Of a DNA stretch of 44,447 nt, positions 34,604 through 43,976 are shown in pieces. The translations under genes and the position numbers were made by a program. The stretch's first letter is position 1, and every line of letters starts with the position of its first letter. The stretch spans positions 1 to 44,447 of the forward strand of contig DAOUTQ010000003.1 of assembly GCA_030668615.1 (NCBI GenBank), read 5' to 3'. The stretch is from Bacteroidales bacterium (GTDB lineage Bacteria > Bacteroidota > Bacteroidia > Bacteroidales > UBA12077). The notes beneath the pieces are model-generated. The model searched no databases, was not told the origin of the DNA, and saw only the letters and a list, made by a program, of their open reading frames with translations.

Positions 34604-35779
34604 ATGAAAATTTTAAATAACATTAGTCAATTTATAGTAGGAATTGTTTTCATTTTTTCAGGATTTGTAAAAGCTATTGATCCTTTAGGATCTACTTACA
34701 AGTTTATTGATTATTTTGAAGCTTTTGGAATGGATTTTTTTAATTCCATTGCTTTTCCTTTAGCAATAATTTTAAGTACTCTCGAATTTATTATTGGATT
34801 TTCAATTCTCTTCTCAGTAAAGAAAAAATATACAACATGGTTGCTCATGTTATTTATGGTTTTTTTCACAATATTAACTTTGATTCTGGCAATATATAAT
34901 CCTGTAACAGATTGCGGTTGTTTTGGCGATGCTATAATTATGACTAATTGGCAAACTTTCGGGAAAAATATATTTTTAATGATTTTCACTATTATTCTAT
35001 TTATCAATAGAAACAAATTTGAGGTTAAATGGAATAATGTGAAACAGTGGTCTTATTTATTTGTTGCATTCTTACTAATATTTACTATATCTGTTTATTA
35101 TTATAATAATTTACCCTTAATTGATTTCAGACCATATAAGGTTGGAACTTACATTCCTGAAAAAATGATTGTTCCTGAAAATGCACGAAAAACAGAATAC
35201 AAGACCATTCTAAAGTATCAGAAAAATGATATACTAAAGGAATTCACACTTGAAAATCTTCCTGACTCAACATGGGAATGGGTATCAACAGAAAACATTT
35301 TGATCTCAAAAGGAGATGATCCTAAAATACATGACTTTACCATTTCTACTTTATTTGGCAATGACATAACAGAAATTGTTTTAAACGATGATAAGTTTAC
35401 ATTTCTAATGATTGCCTATGATTTAAATAAATCCAATATTAAAAATATTGATAAAATTAATGAGCTCTCATCTTTTGCTGTAGAGTCAGGTAAAAGTAAT
35501 TTTATATGTCTAACATCATCCTTAAAATCTGAGATAAATGATTTTAAAGAAAAAACAAATGCATCGTATTCGTTTTTTAACACCGATGAAATAACGCTTA
35601 AAACTATTATCAGATCTAATCCTGGGATTGTTCTTTTAAAAAATGGAACCATTCTGGCGAAATGGCATCACAGAGATATTCCATCGAAAGAAGATATTTT
35701 AAATGATTTTATTGAAAACCCATTATATCAAAAAGCAGTTACTGATAAAGAAGAAATATTAGCTTTATCTGAGAATTAA
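34604..35779 (+). CDS. DoxX/MauE-like membrane protein with C-terminal thioredoxin-like region (BT_3928-like)
   Basis: FIFSGFVKAIDPLG, DCGCFGDA, PLIDFRPYKVG, LKTIIRSNPG and KWH. Confidence 0.85.
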   Translation: MKILNNISQFIVGIVFIFSGFVKAIDPLGSTYKFIDYFEAFGMDFFNSIAFPLAIILSTLEFIIGFSILFSVKKKYTTWLLMLFMVFFTILTLILAIYNPVTDCGCFGDAIIMTNWQTFGKNIFLMIFTIILFINRNKFEVKWNNVKQWSYLFVAFLLIFTISVYYYNNLPLIDFRPYKVGTYIPEKMIVPENARKTEYKTILKYQKNDILKEFTLENLPDSTWEWVSTENILISKGDDPKIHDFTISTLFGNDITEIVLNDDKFTFLMIAYDLNKSNIKNIDKINELSSFAVESGKSNFICLTSSLKSEINDFKEKTNASYSFFNTDEITLKTIIRSNPGIVLLKNGTILAKWHHRDIPSKEDILNDFIENPLYQKAVTDKEEILALSEN

Positions 35780-35789
35780 AATATTTTTT

Positions 35790-36869
35790 GTGGCAAATTT
35801 CTTATTCAAACGTTTCTTATATGCACTCCTTACATTATGGGGCGTAGTTACCGTTATATTTTTTCTTTTTAATATTTTACCTGGCGATCCTGCAAAAATG
35901 ATGTTAGGACAACGCTCCGATATTTCAACTATTGAATCAATCAGAAAAGAACTCGGACTTGATAAATCAAAGGGAGCACAATACCTTAAATATTTAAACG
36001 ACCTTTCTCCTTTATCAATACACAACGAAAGAAATTCAGAAAGCTACATTTATCTCGATAACGAAAAATATCAGTATATTAAACTTTTTAATATTACAGG
36101 AAAACGTACTCTGGTTCTAAAGTCTCCTTATTTACGAAGATCTTATCAAAGTAAAAAACAAGTATCACAAATAATAAAAGAAACACTTCCAAACACATTT
36201 ATTTTGGCTTTTGTATCTATTATTTTTGCAACATTTGCGGGTATATTCTTTGGAGTATTAGGCGCTATTAAAAAGGACAGTCTTTTTGATCGCTTATCGA
36301 TTTTATTTTCAGCTTTTGGTATGTCGCTTCCCTCCTTTTTTGCAGCTATTCTCATTGGCTGGATTTTCGCTTTTGTATTAGGCGACCTTACAGGATTAAA
36401 TTTAACGGGAAATATATACGAGATTGATGATTTTGGTGAAGGAATTCATTTACAGCTAAAAAATCTGATTCTTCCGGCTTTTACTCTTGGAATAAGACCT
36501 CTGTCAATAGTTATTCAGCTGTCAAGAAACTCGATGTTAGATGTTTTATCGCAGGACTATATTAGAACAGCTAAAGCAAAGGGCCTTTCATTTGGTCGAA
36601 TAATATGGAAACACGCTTTAAAGAACTCTTTAAATCCGGTTATTACAGCAATTTCAGGTTGGTTTGCATCATTAATGGCAGGAGTGGTATTTGTAGAATA
36701 TATTTTTGGATGGAAAGGATTAGGATTCATAATTGTTGATTCTTTGAATAACTACGATCTCCCAGTTGTTGTTGGTTGTGTATTAACTATTTCTGTTATG
36801 TTTATTATTATTAATACATTAACTGATTTAATTTACGGAATTCTTGATCCAAGAATCAAAATGGAATAA
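35790..36869 (+). CDS. OppB/DppB-like peptide ABC transporter permease
   Basis: LPGDPA, SLPSFF, LILPAFTLG, EAA-loop DYIRTAKAKGL, KHALKNSLNP, VEYIF and LDPRI. GTG start. Confidence 0.93.
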   Translation: MANFLFKRFLYALLTLWGVVTVIFFLFNILPGDPAKMMLGQRSDISTIESIRKELGLDKSKGAQYLKYLNDLSPLSIHNERNSESYIYLDNEKYQYIKLFNITGKRTLVLKSPYLRRSYQSKKQVSQIIKETLPNTFILAFVSIIFATFAGIFFGVLGAIKKDSLFDRLSILFSAFGMSLPSFFAAILIGWIFAFVLGDLTGLNLTGNIYEIDDFGEGIHLQLKNLILPAFTLGIRPLSIVIQLSRNSMLDVLSQDYIRTAKAKGLSFGRIIWKHALKNSLNPVITAISGWFASLMAGVVFVEYIFGWKGLGFIIVDSLNNYDLPVVVGCVLTISVMFIIINTLTDLIYGILDPRIKME

Positions 36870-36968
36870 TATTTTAACTTCATATTTTTACTAATATTAA
36901 ATTTTATAAGCTCATAATTTCTTATTTTTGATAATACATTCAGAATCGAATAAAAACAAACTGAAATT

Positions 36969-37721
36969 ATGAGAAAACAGATCGTTGCCGGAAACTGGAA
37001 AATGAATATGACTTTTCCGGAGGGAATCAATCTTATTCAGGAAATTATTAATAATTCTACTTCGTTAAAGGAAGCTCAGTTAATTATTTCTCCACCGTAT
37101 TTATTATTAAATGAGGCTGTTTCATTAACGGAAGAAACAAATATTGGTATTGCAGCGCAAAACTGCTCGGACCACGAAAAAGGAGCGTTTACCGGAGAAA
37201 TTTCTGCAAAAATGCTAAGTTCATTGGAAATGAAATATGTTATTCTTGGTCATTCAGAACGAAGAGCTTATTTTGGGGAAACAGATCAACTTATAAATCA
37301 AAAAATTAAGCAATGTTTAACAAATGGTTTACAGCCAATAGTTTGTTGCGGAGAAATTATGGAAGAGAGAGAAAATAAAGAACATTTTAACGTTGTTGCC
37401 AAGCAAATAAAAGGAATGTTTGAAAGAATTACAGCAGAAGAATTTGATTCAATTATTATTGCTTATGAACCAGTTTGGGCAATAGGAACAGGGAAAACGG
37501 CTTCTCCTGATCAGGCACAAGAAATGCATCATTTTATTAGAGAAACAATACGGAATTCATACGGATCCGAAATTGCCAATAATCTTTCAATTCTTTATGG
37601 AGGAAGCTGTAAACCTTCTAATGCAAAAGAGTTATTTTCTAATGCAGATGTTGATGGTGGATTAATTGGTGGTGCTTCGCTAAATGCCAAAGATTTTATT
37701 GCAATTGCTTACTCGTTTTAA
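36969..37721 (+). CDS. tpiA: Triosephosphate isomerase
   Basis: AGNWKMN, GAFTGE, LGHSERR, AYEPVWAIGTG, LYGGS and LIGGASL. A -7 box TATTTTTG lies at 36923-36930. Confidence 0.98.
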   Translation: MRKQIVAGNWKMNMTFPEGINLIQEIINNSTSLKEAQLIISPPYLLLNEAVSLTEETNIGIAAQNCSDHEKGAFTGEISAKMLSSLEMKYVILGHSERRAYFGETDQLINQKIKQCLTNGLQPIVCCGEIMEERENKEHFNVVAKQIKGMFERITAEEFDSIIIAYEPVWAIGTGKTASPDQAQEMHHFIRETIRNSYGSEIANNLSILYGGSCKPSNAKELFSNADVDGGLIGGASLNAKDFIAIAYSF

Positions 37722-37733
37722 ATAAAAATATTA

Positions 37734-38573
37734 ATGGATTATATTGAATTACACTGTAAAATTACATCTGACAATCTTCAGGAAATTTCTGAAATATTAA
37801 TTGCTGAATTAAATGACATAGCTTATGAAAGCTACGATGAAACAGAAGATGGAATTAGTGCATATATTCTCGAAAAGTTTTTTGATCTGGATAAGGTAAA
37901 GAATCTGCAAGTAAATGAAATTCAGGGAGTAAAAATAGATTACACGTACGAGATAATTAAGACCCAAAATTGGAATGCAGTTTGGGAAAAGAACTTTGAA
38001 CCAATTATAGTTGATGATCAATGTCTTATTCGAGCTCCTTTTCATAAAGACACTCCCAAAGCCAAATATGAAATTATTATTGAGCCGAAAATGTCTTTTG
38101 GTACAGGACGTCATGAAACTACTTTTCTTATGTTGAAAACAATGCTTGAGATTGATTTTGAAGGTAAAAATGTACTTGACATGGGTTGCGGGACAGGCGT
38201 ATTAGCAATTCTTGCTTCTTTTAAAAATGCCACTAAAATTACTGCTATTGATATAGATGAACGGGCATTCAATAACACAGTTGAGAATATCAGCACAAAT
38301 AATTGTAAAAATATTGAGGTTTTTCAGGGTGATGCTTCTCTTCTTAAGAATCAGGAATTCGATATAATTATTGCAAACATTAATAGAAATATTCTGATTG
38401 ATGATATTAAGCACTATGCCTCCGTTTTAAAATCTAAAGGCATTTTGCTTTTAAGCGGAATTTATGATAAAGATATCCCAATGATAAAAGATGAAGCTTC
38501 TGAAAACAATCTTGAATACATTAGCTTTATAGAGAAGCACAGTTGGGTGGCAACAAGATTTCAAAAAAAGTAA
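37734..38573 (+). CDS. prmA: Ribosomal protein L11 methyltransferase
   Basis: NWNAVWEKNF, IEPKMSFGTG.HETT, VLDMGCGTGVLAI, IIANIN and LLSGI. Confidence 0.95.
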   Translation: MDYIELHCKITSDNLQEISEILIAELNDIAYESYDETEDGISAYILEKFFDLDKVKNLQVNEIQGVKIDYTYEIIKTQNWNAVWEKNFEPIIVDDQCLIRAPFHKDTPKAKYEIIIEPKMSFGTGRHETTFLMLKTMLEIDFEGKNVLDMGCGTGVLAILASFKNATKITAIDIDERAFNNTVENISTNNCKNIEVFQGDASLLKNQEFDIIIANINRNILIDDIKHYASVLKSKGILLLSGIYDKDIPMIKDEASENNLEYISFIEKHSWVATRFQKK

Positions 38574-38591
38574 ATCGATAAATTATACAAA

Positions 38592-41500
38592 ATGAAAAAA
38601 GCTCTGTTTATTAGTCTTATTTTAACAATATTTTGTTTAAATATTCGATCCTCTTTTTCACAGGATTTAAAGGAATTTGGAAAAGATTCTACTTTGTTTA
38701 TTGAAGAATTTGAAGAATTTGTAAATCGAAACTTATCTGAAATACAAGAAGATAGTTTGGAAATATTTATTGAAAAGTGGAATGTAAATTATTTTACCGA
38801 AGATATAAAAGAAAGATTTGTTGATATATGCAACATGTTACTTAAAAATAAAGCGAGCAGAAAACCTCATTTTACGAAATATTTCGACATTGTAATGGCT
38901 TTTCATAGAAATAATGAAGCTATGGAACATTACGATAATTGGGAAAAAGGAATACCATTTATTTTTGAATCGGAGAAATATCCCTTACGGGTTATTACAA
39001 AATATTTTGATAACACAAAATCTTTAATAGAAGAAAACTTAATATATAGTACATATTCAACAAACTGGTATGTAAGTTCCGACGATTATAAATTTGTTGT
39101 GGATGAAAAACTAAGAATAGTATTTAATAAAACAGATTTAACATGTAAAATCAAAAACGATTCTATTGATATTTTTGAAACTTCAGGTGAATTTCTTCCA
39201 ATTGCAAATAAATGGATTGGCAAGAATGGATATGTAACATGGGAAAGAGCCGGTTACAATTCTGAAGAGGTAAAAGCCAAATTAAAAAACTACAAAATTG
39301 ATTTCTCTAAATCAGGATATAAAGCAGATTCTGTAGACTTCATAAATAAGCTCTATTTTGACGAACCTTTATCAGGAAGATTAACAGATCAGGTTGTACA
39401 TATCATGTCTCCTGAAAGGGCTATTTATCCTGAATTTATATCATATCAAAAAAGATTTCAGATCAAGAACATATATCCTGATATTGATTATGATGGAGGT
39501 TTATCCATGAAAGGTTCTAATCTACTTGGATCAGGAGATCGTGATAATGATGCATATCTATATTTTAGAAAAAATGATACTACAATAATAAAATCAGTTG
39601 CAGGCACTTACATGTTTAAAAACGGAAAGATTGTTTCCAATAATGCACAAATAACTATTCACCTGCAAAGCGATTCAATTTTTCATCCCGGAATATCTCT
39701 AAATTATACTCCTGAAATAAAAGAAATATCACTAACTCCCTCTGAAAGAATTGTTTCTAAGAGTCCGTATTTCGATTCATATCATAACATTACAATGAAT
39801 TTTGATCGTTTATTATGGAAAACAGACGATAATAAAATATACTTTACAAAACGTCGTGGTGCGGCAATTGGAAATGCCACATACACATCATCAAATTTTT
39901 ATAATCTAATCGAATTTGAAAGAATTATGATGCGTGATGATTTTCATCCGTTACTTGTAATTAGAAATTTTTCTAAAAAAATTGGTTCTGAAACATTTTC
40001 TGGTGAAGAATTAGCTCGTTTCCTTAGATACGATGACTATCAAATAAAACAAATGCTTATGTTCTTAAGTATTGACGGATTTATTTTTTATGATACAGAT
40101 GAAGATAAGGCTAAAATAAAAAAGAAACTATATGACTTTATAGAAGCCAGATTTGGAAATATTGATTACGATGTAATAAAATTCAATTCTGTTACAGAAG
40201 ACATTGTTCATAATGGAATTCTGGATCTAAAAACCAAAGACCTTGAAATTTATGGTGTACCTCAAATCTTCCTTTCCGATTCTCAAGATGTAGCAATCTA
40301 TCCTAAAAATCAAAAGATTGTTATGAAAAAAAATAGGGATTTTAAATTTGGAGGAGTAGTTGAAGCAGGATTATTTACATTTTTTGGACAAGAATTTGAT
40401 TTTAGTTACGACACATTTAAAATTAACCTTAATAATATTGATTCATTAAGAATCAAAGTGCAAACTGAAGAACGCGATATGTACAATAATCCAGTATTAG
40501 CACATATTAAAAATACTGTTGAGATAATTACAGGAGAATTACTTATTGACAATCCGAATAATAAATCAGGACTACTAAAGTATCCTCAATATCCGATTTT
40601 TAAAAGTAATGAAAACTCATTTGTATACTATGATGCTTCTACAATTTTTAATGGAGTGTACAAACGTGACAGCTTCTATTTTGAATTAGATCCGTTCACA
40701 ATTGATAGTCTTGATAACTTTAAACCAGAAGGATTAAGATTTGATGGTAATTTTAGTTCAACAAATATATTTCCACCCTTCGATGATGCAATATATATGC
40801 GACCTGACTTCTCTCTCGGTTTTAGAAGAAGTACTCCCGAAGAAGGATTTCCCCTTTACTCAGGAAAAGGAACCTATTATGATATTATTGATTTAAGTAA
40901 CCGTGGATTAAAAGGGTCTGGAACACTTGAATATCTTACAACATCAACAAAAACAGACAGTATTATTTTCTTTCCAGATTCTACAAAGATTCTTGCTGAA
41001 GATTTTACTATTGCTCAAAAATCAAGTGGAATTGAATTTCCAAATGTAGCTTCAACTGATGTATATATTACATGGTATCCATACGAGAATATTATGAAAG
41101 CCGAACCTACAAAAGGGCCGTTTAATATGTACGGTAACAATTCATTATTTTCAGGCTCGCTAATAATAAAACCAACAGGATTAGGTGGTGGAGGAATAAT
41201 GAATCTGGAAAAGGCTGTGTTGCGATCAAAATTATTTAGTTTTGAAGCAAATTCTTTTAGTTCAGACACAACTAGCTTTAGTCTTAAGTCGTTAAATAAA
41301 TCTGATTTCAACTTTATAACTGAAAATCTTAAAGGTAAAATCGATTTTAATTCTCAAAGGGGAAACTTTAATTCAAATGAATCCTTTACTATTGCACAGT
41401 TCCCAAAAAATCTTTATGTGAGTTATCTCGATAAATTCGACTGGATTATTGCGAAAGATGAATTAGAAATTGAGTCAAGCCCTCAAATTGATACTACGGC

Positions 41501-43223
41501 TTCGCCTGAAGTTAAAAAGCTGGCCGAATTAAAAGATGATGATCTTCCTGGCGCGTTGTATATGTCAATTCACAGAAGTCAGGACTCACTTCGGTTTACT
41601 TCAACCAAAGCAGTTTATCGTTTAATCGACAGCACTATTTTGGCAACAGAAGTTGAGTATATTAAAGTAGCAGACGCACTTATTTTCCCGGATGAAAATG
41701 ATGTAACTATTGGTCATATGGCAAATATAAGCACCTTAAGGAATGCTGAAATTATTGCTAATGCTGAAAATAAATTTCACAGAATATATAACGCAAAAGT
41801 GAATATTAAAGGAAGATATAAATACTTAGCAACAGGTGATTATGATTACGAAGACGAAAATGGCGATATTCAGAATATTCATTTTACAGATATTTTTACC
41901 GATACAACAAATCACACTGTTGCTAAAGGTAGAATAAGCTTAGAAGATAATTTCACTCTAAGTCCTGTTTTCAAATATCAGGGCGAAGCAATTTTATATG
42001 CAAGCAGAAAGCATCTGACTTTCAAAGGAGGTGTGAAACTAGAACATAATTGTCCAGAAATCGAACAACAATATGCATATTTTGAAAGTGAAATAAATCC
42101 CGACAGCATTTATATACCTGTAACAAACAAACTAAAAAACCTTAATGGGCGTGGTTTATTTGCTGCTTCTTTTATTACTAAAGATTCATCGCATATTTAT
42201 TCCAGATTTATTGACAGGCGAAGAGATCCTAATGATGTTGCCTTAATTAATGCTACAGGTTTTTTATATTTTAATAAAAACTCAAATAAATATATTGTAG
42301 CCGAAAAATCAAAACTTAACGATCCTGATACTACAGGAAGTCTCGTAAATCTTCATAAAGATTTTTGCATACAACATGCAGAAGGAAAAGTTGATCTTGG
42401 AATTGAACTTGGACAAGTAAAATTAAATCAGGCAGGATCTGTAAATCACTTACTTGATATAAATGAAATAAAAACAGAAATAGTCTTAGCACTTGATTTT
42501 TTCTTCTCTGAAGATGCTCTGGATACTTTGGTAAGTGAAATACAAGCTGCACGCCTATTACAACCTATGAGCAATACTTCACGGTTTTTCGAAAAGAACA
42601 TGAACGAACTTGTTGGAAATAAAGATTACAATGAGTTTAATAATCAAATAATGTTGTATGCCAATGAAGCTAAATTACCAGAATCTACAGAACATACTTT
42701 CCTTCTTGGTAATGTAAAACTGAAGTGGCATACAGAAACAGGCTCTTACTTAAATTATGGGAAAATTGGTATTGCAACAATTAATAATAAACCTGTAAAC
42801 AAGTATGTAGAAGGCTACTTTCAGTTACTTAAAAGACGAAGTGGTGATCTAATGAAATTCTATTTTGAACTGCCAAACAACGAATATTATTATTTTACAT
42901 ACTCGCGTGGAGTTATGCAAACTCTTTCTAATAATCAGGATTTTGTTGATGCAATACAAAACCTAAAGAAAAAAGCAAGGAAACTAAAAACACCAAAAGG
43001 AGAAACACCTTACAGATACATTATTGCTACTGAACAAAACAAAGCTCAGTTTATACGAAACATGAAATTATTTGAAGAAGCTCAAATTGCGAAAGAAGAA
43101 GAACTAAAAAAACAGGAACAAAAAGAAGTTCCAATTGAGGAAATACAAGAACAAAAAATTCCTGAGAACGAAAATAAACAAAATAGTGAGGAAGAAGGTA
43201 ATAATGAAGAAGGAAATAATTAA
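38592..43223 (+). CDS. Large (1543 aa) exported beta-rich protein of unknown function
   Basis: Uninterrupted ORF with a signal peptide ending SFS-Q, a beta-strand-rich body and an acidic low-complexity tail. Confidence 0.85.
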   Translation: MKKALFISLILTIFCLNIRSSFSQDLKEFGKDSTLFIEEFEEFVNRNLSEIQEDSLEIFIEKWNVNYFTEDIKERFVDICNMLLKNKASRKPHFTKYFDIVMAFHRNNEAMEHYDNWEKGIPFIFESEKYPLRVITKYFDNTKSLIEENLIYSTYSTNWYVSSDDYKFVVDEKLRIVFNKTDLTCKIKNDSIDIFETSGEFLPIANKWIGKNGYVTWERAGYNSEEVKAKLKNYKIDFSKSGYKADSVDFINKLYFDEPLSGRLTDQVVHIMSPERAIYPEFISYQKRFQIKNIYPDIDYDGGLSMKGSNLLGSGDRDNDAYLYFRKNDTTIIKSVAGTYMFKNGKIVSNNAQITIHLQSDSIFHPGISLNYTPEIKEISLTPSERIVSKSPYFDSYHNITMNFDRLLWKTDDNKIYFTKRRGAAIGNATYTSSNFYNLIEFERIMMRDDFHPLLVIRNFSKKIGSETFSGEELARFLRYDDYQIKQMLMFLSIDGFIFYDTDEDKAKIKKKLYDFIEARFGNIDYDVIKFNSVTEDIVHNGILDLKTKDLEIYGVPQIFLSDSQDVAIYPKNQKIVMKKNRDFKFGGVVEAGLFTFFGQEFDFSYDTFKINLNNIDSLRIKVQTEERDMYNNPVLAHIKNTVEIITGELLIDNPNNKSGLLKYPQYPIFKSNENSFVYYDASTIFNGVYKRDSFYFELDPFTIDSLDNFKPEGLRFDGNFSSTNIFPPFDDAIYMRPDFSLGFRRSTPEEGFPLYSGKGTYYDIIDLSNRGLKGSGTLEYLTTSTKTDSIIFFPDSTKILAEDFTIAQKSSGIEFPNVASTDVYITWYPYENIMKAEPTKGPFNMYGNNSLFSGSLIIKPTGLGGGGIMNLEKAVLRSKLFSFEANSFSSDTTSFSLKSLNKSDFNFITENLKGKIDFNSQRGNFNSNESFTIAQFPKNLYVSYLDKFDWIIAKDELEIESSPQIDTTASPEVKKLAELKDDDLPGALYMSIHRSQDSLRFTSTKAVYRLIDSTILATEVEYIKVADALIFPDENDVTIGHMANISTLRNAEIIANAENKFHRIYNAKVNIKGRYKYLATGDYDYEDENGDIQNIHFTDIFTDTTNHTVAKGRISLEDNFTLSPVFKYQGEAILYASRKHLTFKGGVKLEHNCPEIEQQYAYFESEINPDSIYIPVTNKLKNLNGRGLFAASFITKDSSHIYSRFIDRRRDPNDVALINATGFLYFNKNSNKYIVAEKSKLNDPDTTGSLVNLHKDFCIQHAEGKVDLGIELGQVKLNQAGSVNHLLDINEIKTEIVLALDFFFSEDALDTLVSEIQAARLLQPMSNTSRFFEKNMNELVGNKDYNEFNNQIMLYANEAKLPESTEHTFLLGNVKLKWHTETGSYLNYGKIGIATINNKPVNKYVEGYFQLLKRRSGDLMKFYFELPNNEYYYFTYSRGVMQTLSNNQDFVDAIQNLKKKARKLKTPKGETPYRYIIATEQNKAQFIRNMKLFEEAQIAKEEELKKQEQKEVPIEEIQEQKIPENENKQNSEEEGNNEEGNN

Positions 43224-43246
43224 GAAAGAATTTAACCTTTATATTA

Positions 43247-43431
43247 ATAAAAGAACTTTGGGATTTAAGATATAAATCGGAACAATATATTCATAGAATT
43301 GAACCCGACATTTTCTTAAATGAATATCTTAGAAATATTTCTCCGGAGTAAATACTATTAATGAAGATAGTAAAGGTCATGTACATCAGGGTATTGTAAA
43401 AGTAATAAGGTTAATCGCACTAAAAACTTAA
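43247..43431 (+). pseudogene. Internally deleted relic of a class I SAM methyltransferase (TehB-like group)
   Basis: Reads (I)KELWDLRYKSEQYIHRIEPDIFLNEYLRNISPE*ILL, then in another frame KGHVHQGIVKVIRLIALKT*. These resemble the N- and C-termini of ~200-aa methyltransferases as I recall them (WDERY...Y.YG.EPN.FL...PGKILL; EG..HQG...VIR). Confidence 0.6.
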
Positions 43432-43922
43432 CTTCGGTTTATCTCAAATACTTCTAAATCTTTAATCTCTTTTCCTTTTATATTAAAACGAACAGCTGTT
43501 TTAACTTTATGTAATCCTGACTTACCTGCTGCACCCGGATTTATGTGCAGCAACTCATTCTTGTTATCATAAATTACTTTTAAAATATGCGAGTGCCCCG
43601 ATATAAAAAGATTTGGTTTCATTTTTTCAATAAGCCCTTTCATATCTCTTTCATATTTCCCGGGATAACCCCCAATATGTGTCATTAATACCTTTACTTG
43701 CTCACATTCAAAAGATTGAATTTTAGGATAAACTGTTCTTACATCCTGACCATCGATATTTCCATAAACAGCTTTAAGAAGTTTTAAGTCCGATATCTTA
43801 TCTGCTGTTTCAATATTCCCTATATCTCCTGCATGCCATATTTCATCGCAATCTTTGAAAAAATCCAAAATCTTTTCATCAATAAAAGTATGTGTATCCG
43901 ACAATAAACCAATTCTTTTCAT
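43428..43922 (-). CDS. YfcE/MJ0936-like metallophosphoesterase
   Basis: LSDTH, HAGDIG, VYGNID, THIG, SGHSH and INPG. Confidence 0.93.
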   Translation of the reverse strand: MKRIGLLSDTHTFIDEKILDFFKDCDEIWHAGDIGNIETADKISDLKLLKAVYGNIDGQDVRTVYPKIQSFECEQVKVLMTHIGGYPGKYERDMKGLIEKMKPNLFISGHSHILKVIYDNKNELLHINPGAAGKSGLHKVKTAVRFNIKGKEIKDLEVFEINRS

Positions 43923-43944
43923 TTAAAAATTCCCTATCAATGAT

Positions 43945-43975
43945 TATATTTGTTTACGACTAAAATACAAAGATA
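43945..43975. promoter_or_regulatory. Face-to-face -7 boxes for rsmE and the phosphoesterase gene
   Basis: TATATTTG on the plus strand (43945-43952) and TATCTTTG on the minus strand (43968-43975). Confidence 0.55.
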
Positions 43976-43976
43976 A

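Noticed and set aside
261-42552. Short overlapping ORFs in the track (e.g. 261-521, 7708-8034, 15359-15592, 20430-20804, 27321-27665, 32076-32624, 41015-41311)
   Set aside because: They are antisense or out-of-frame shadows of well-supported genes with no recognisable motifs.
43075-43223. GAA/AAT-rich tract as a tandem repeat element
   Set aside because: It simply encodes the Glu/Asn-rich disordered tail of the large protein.
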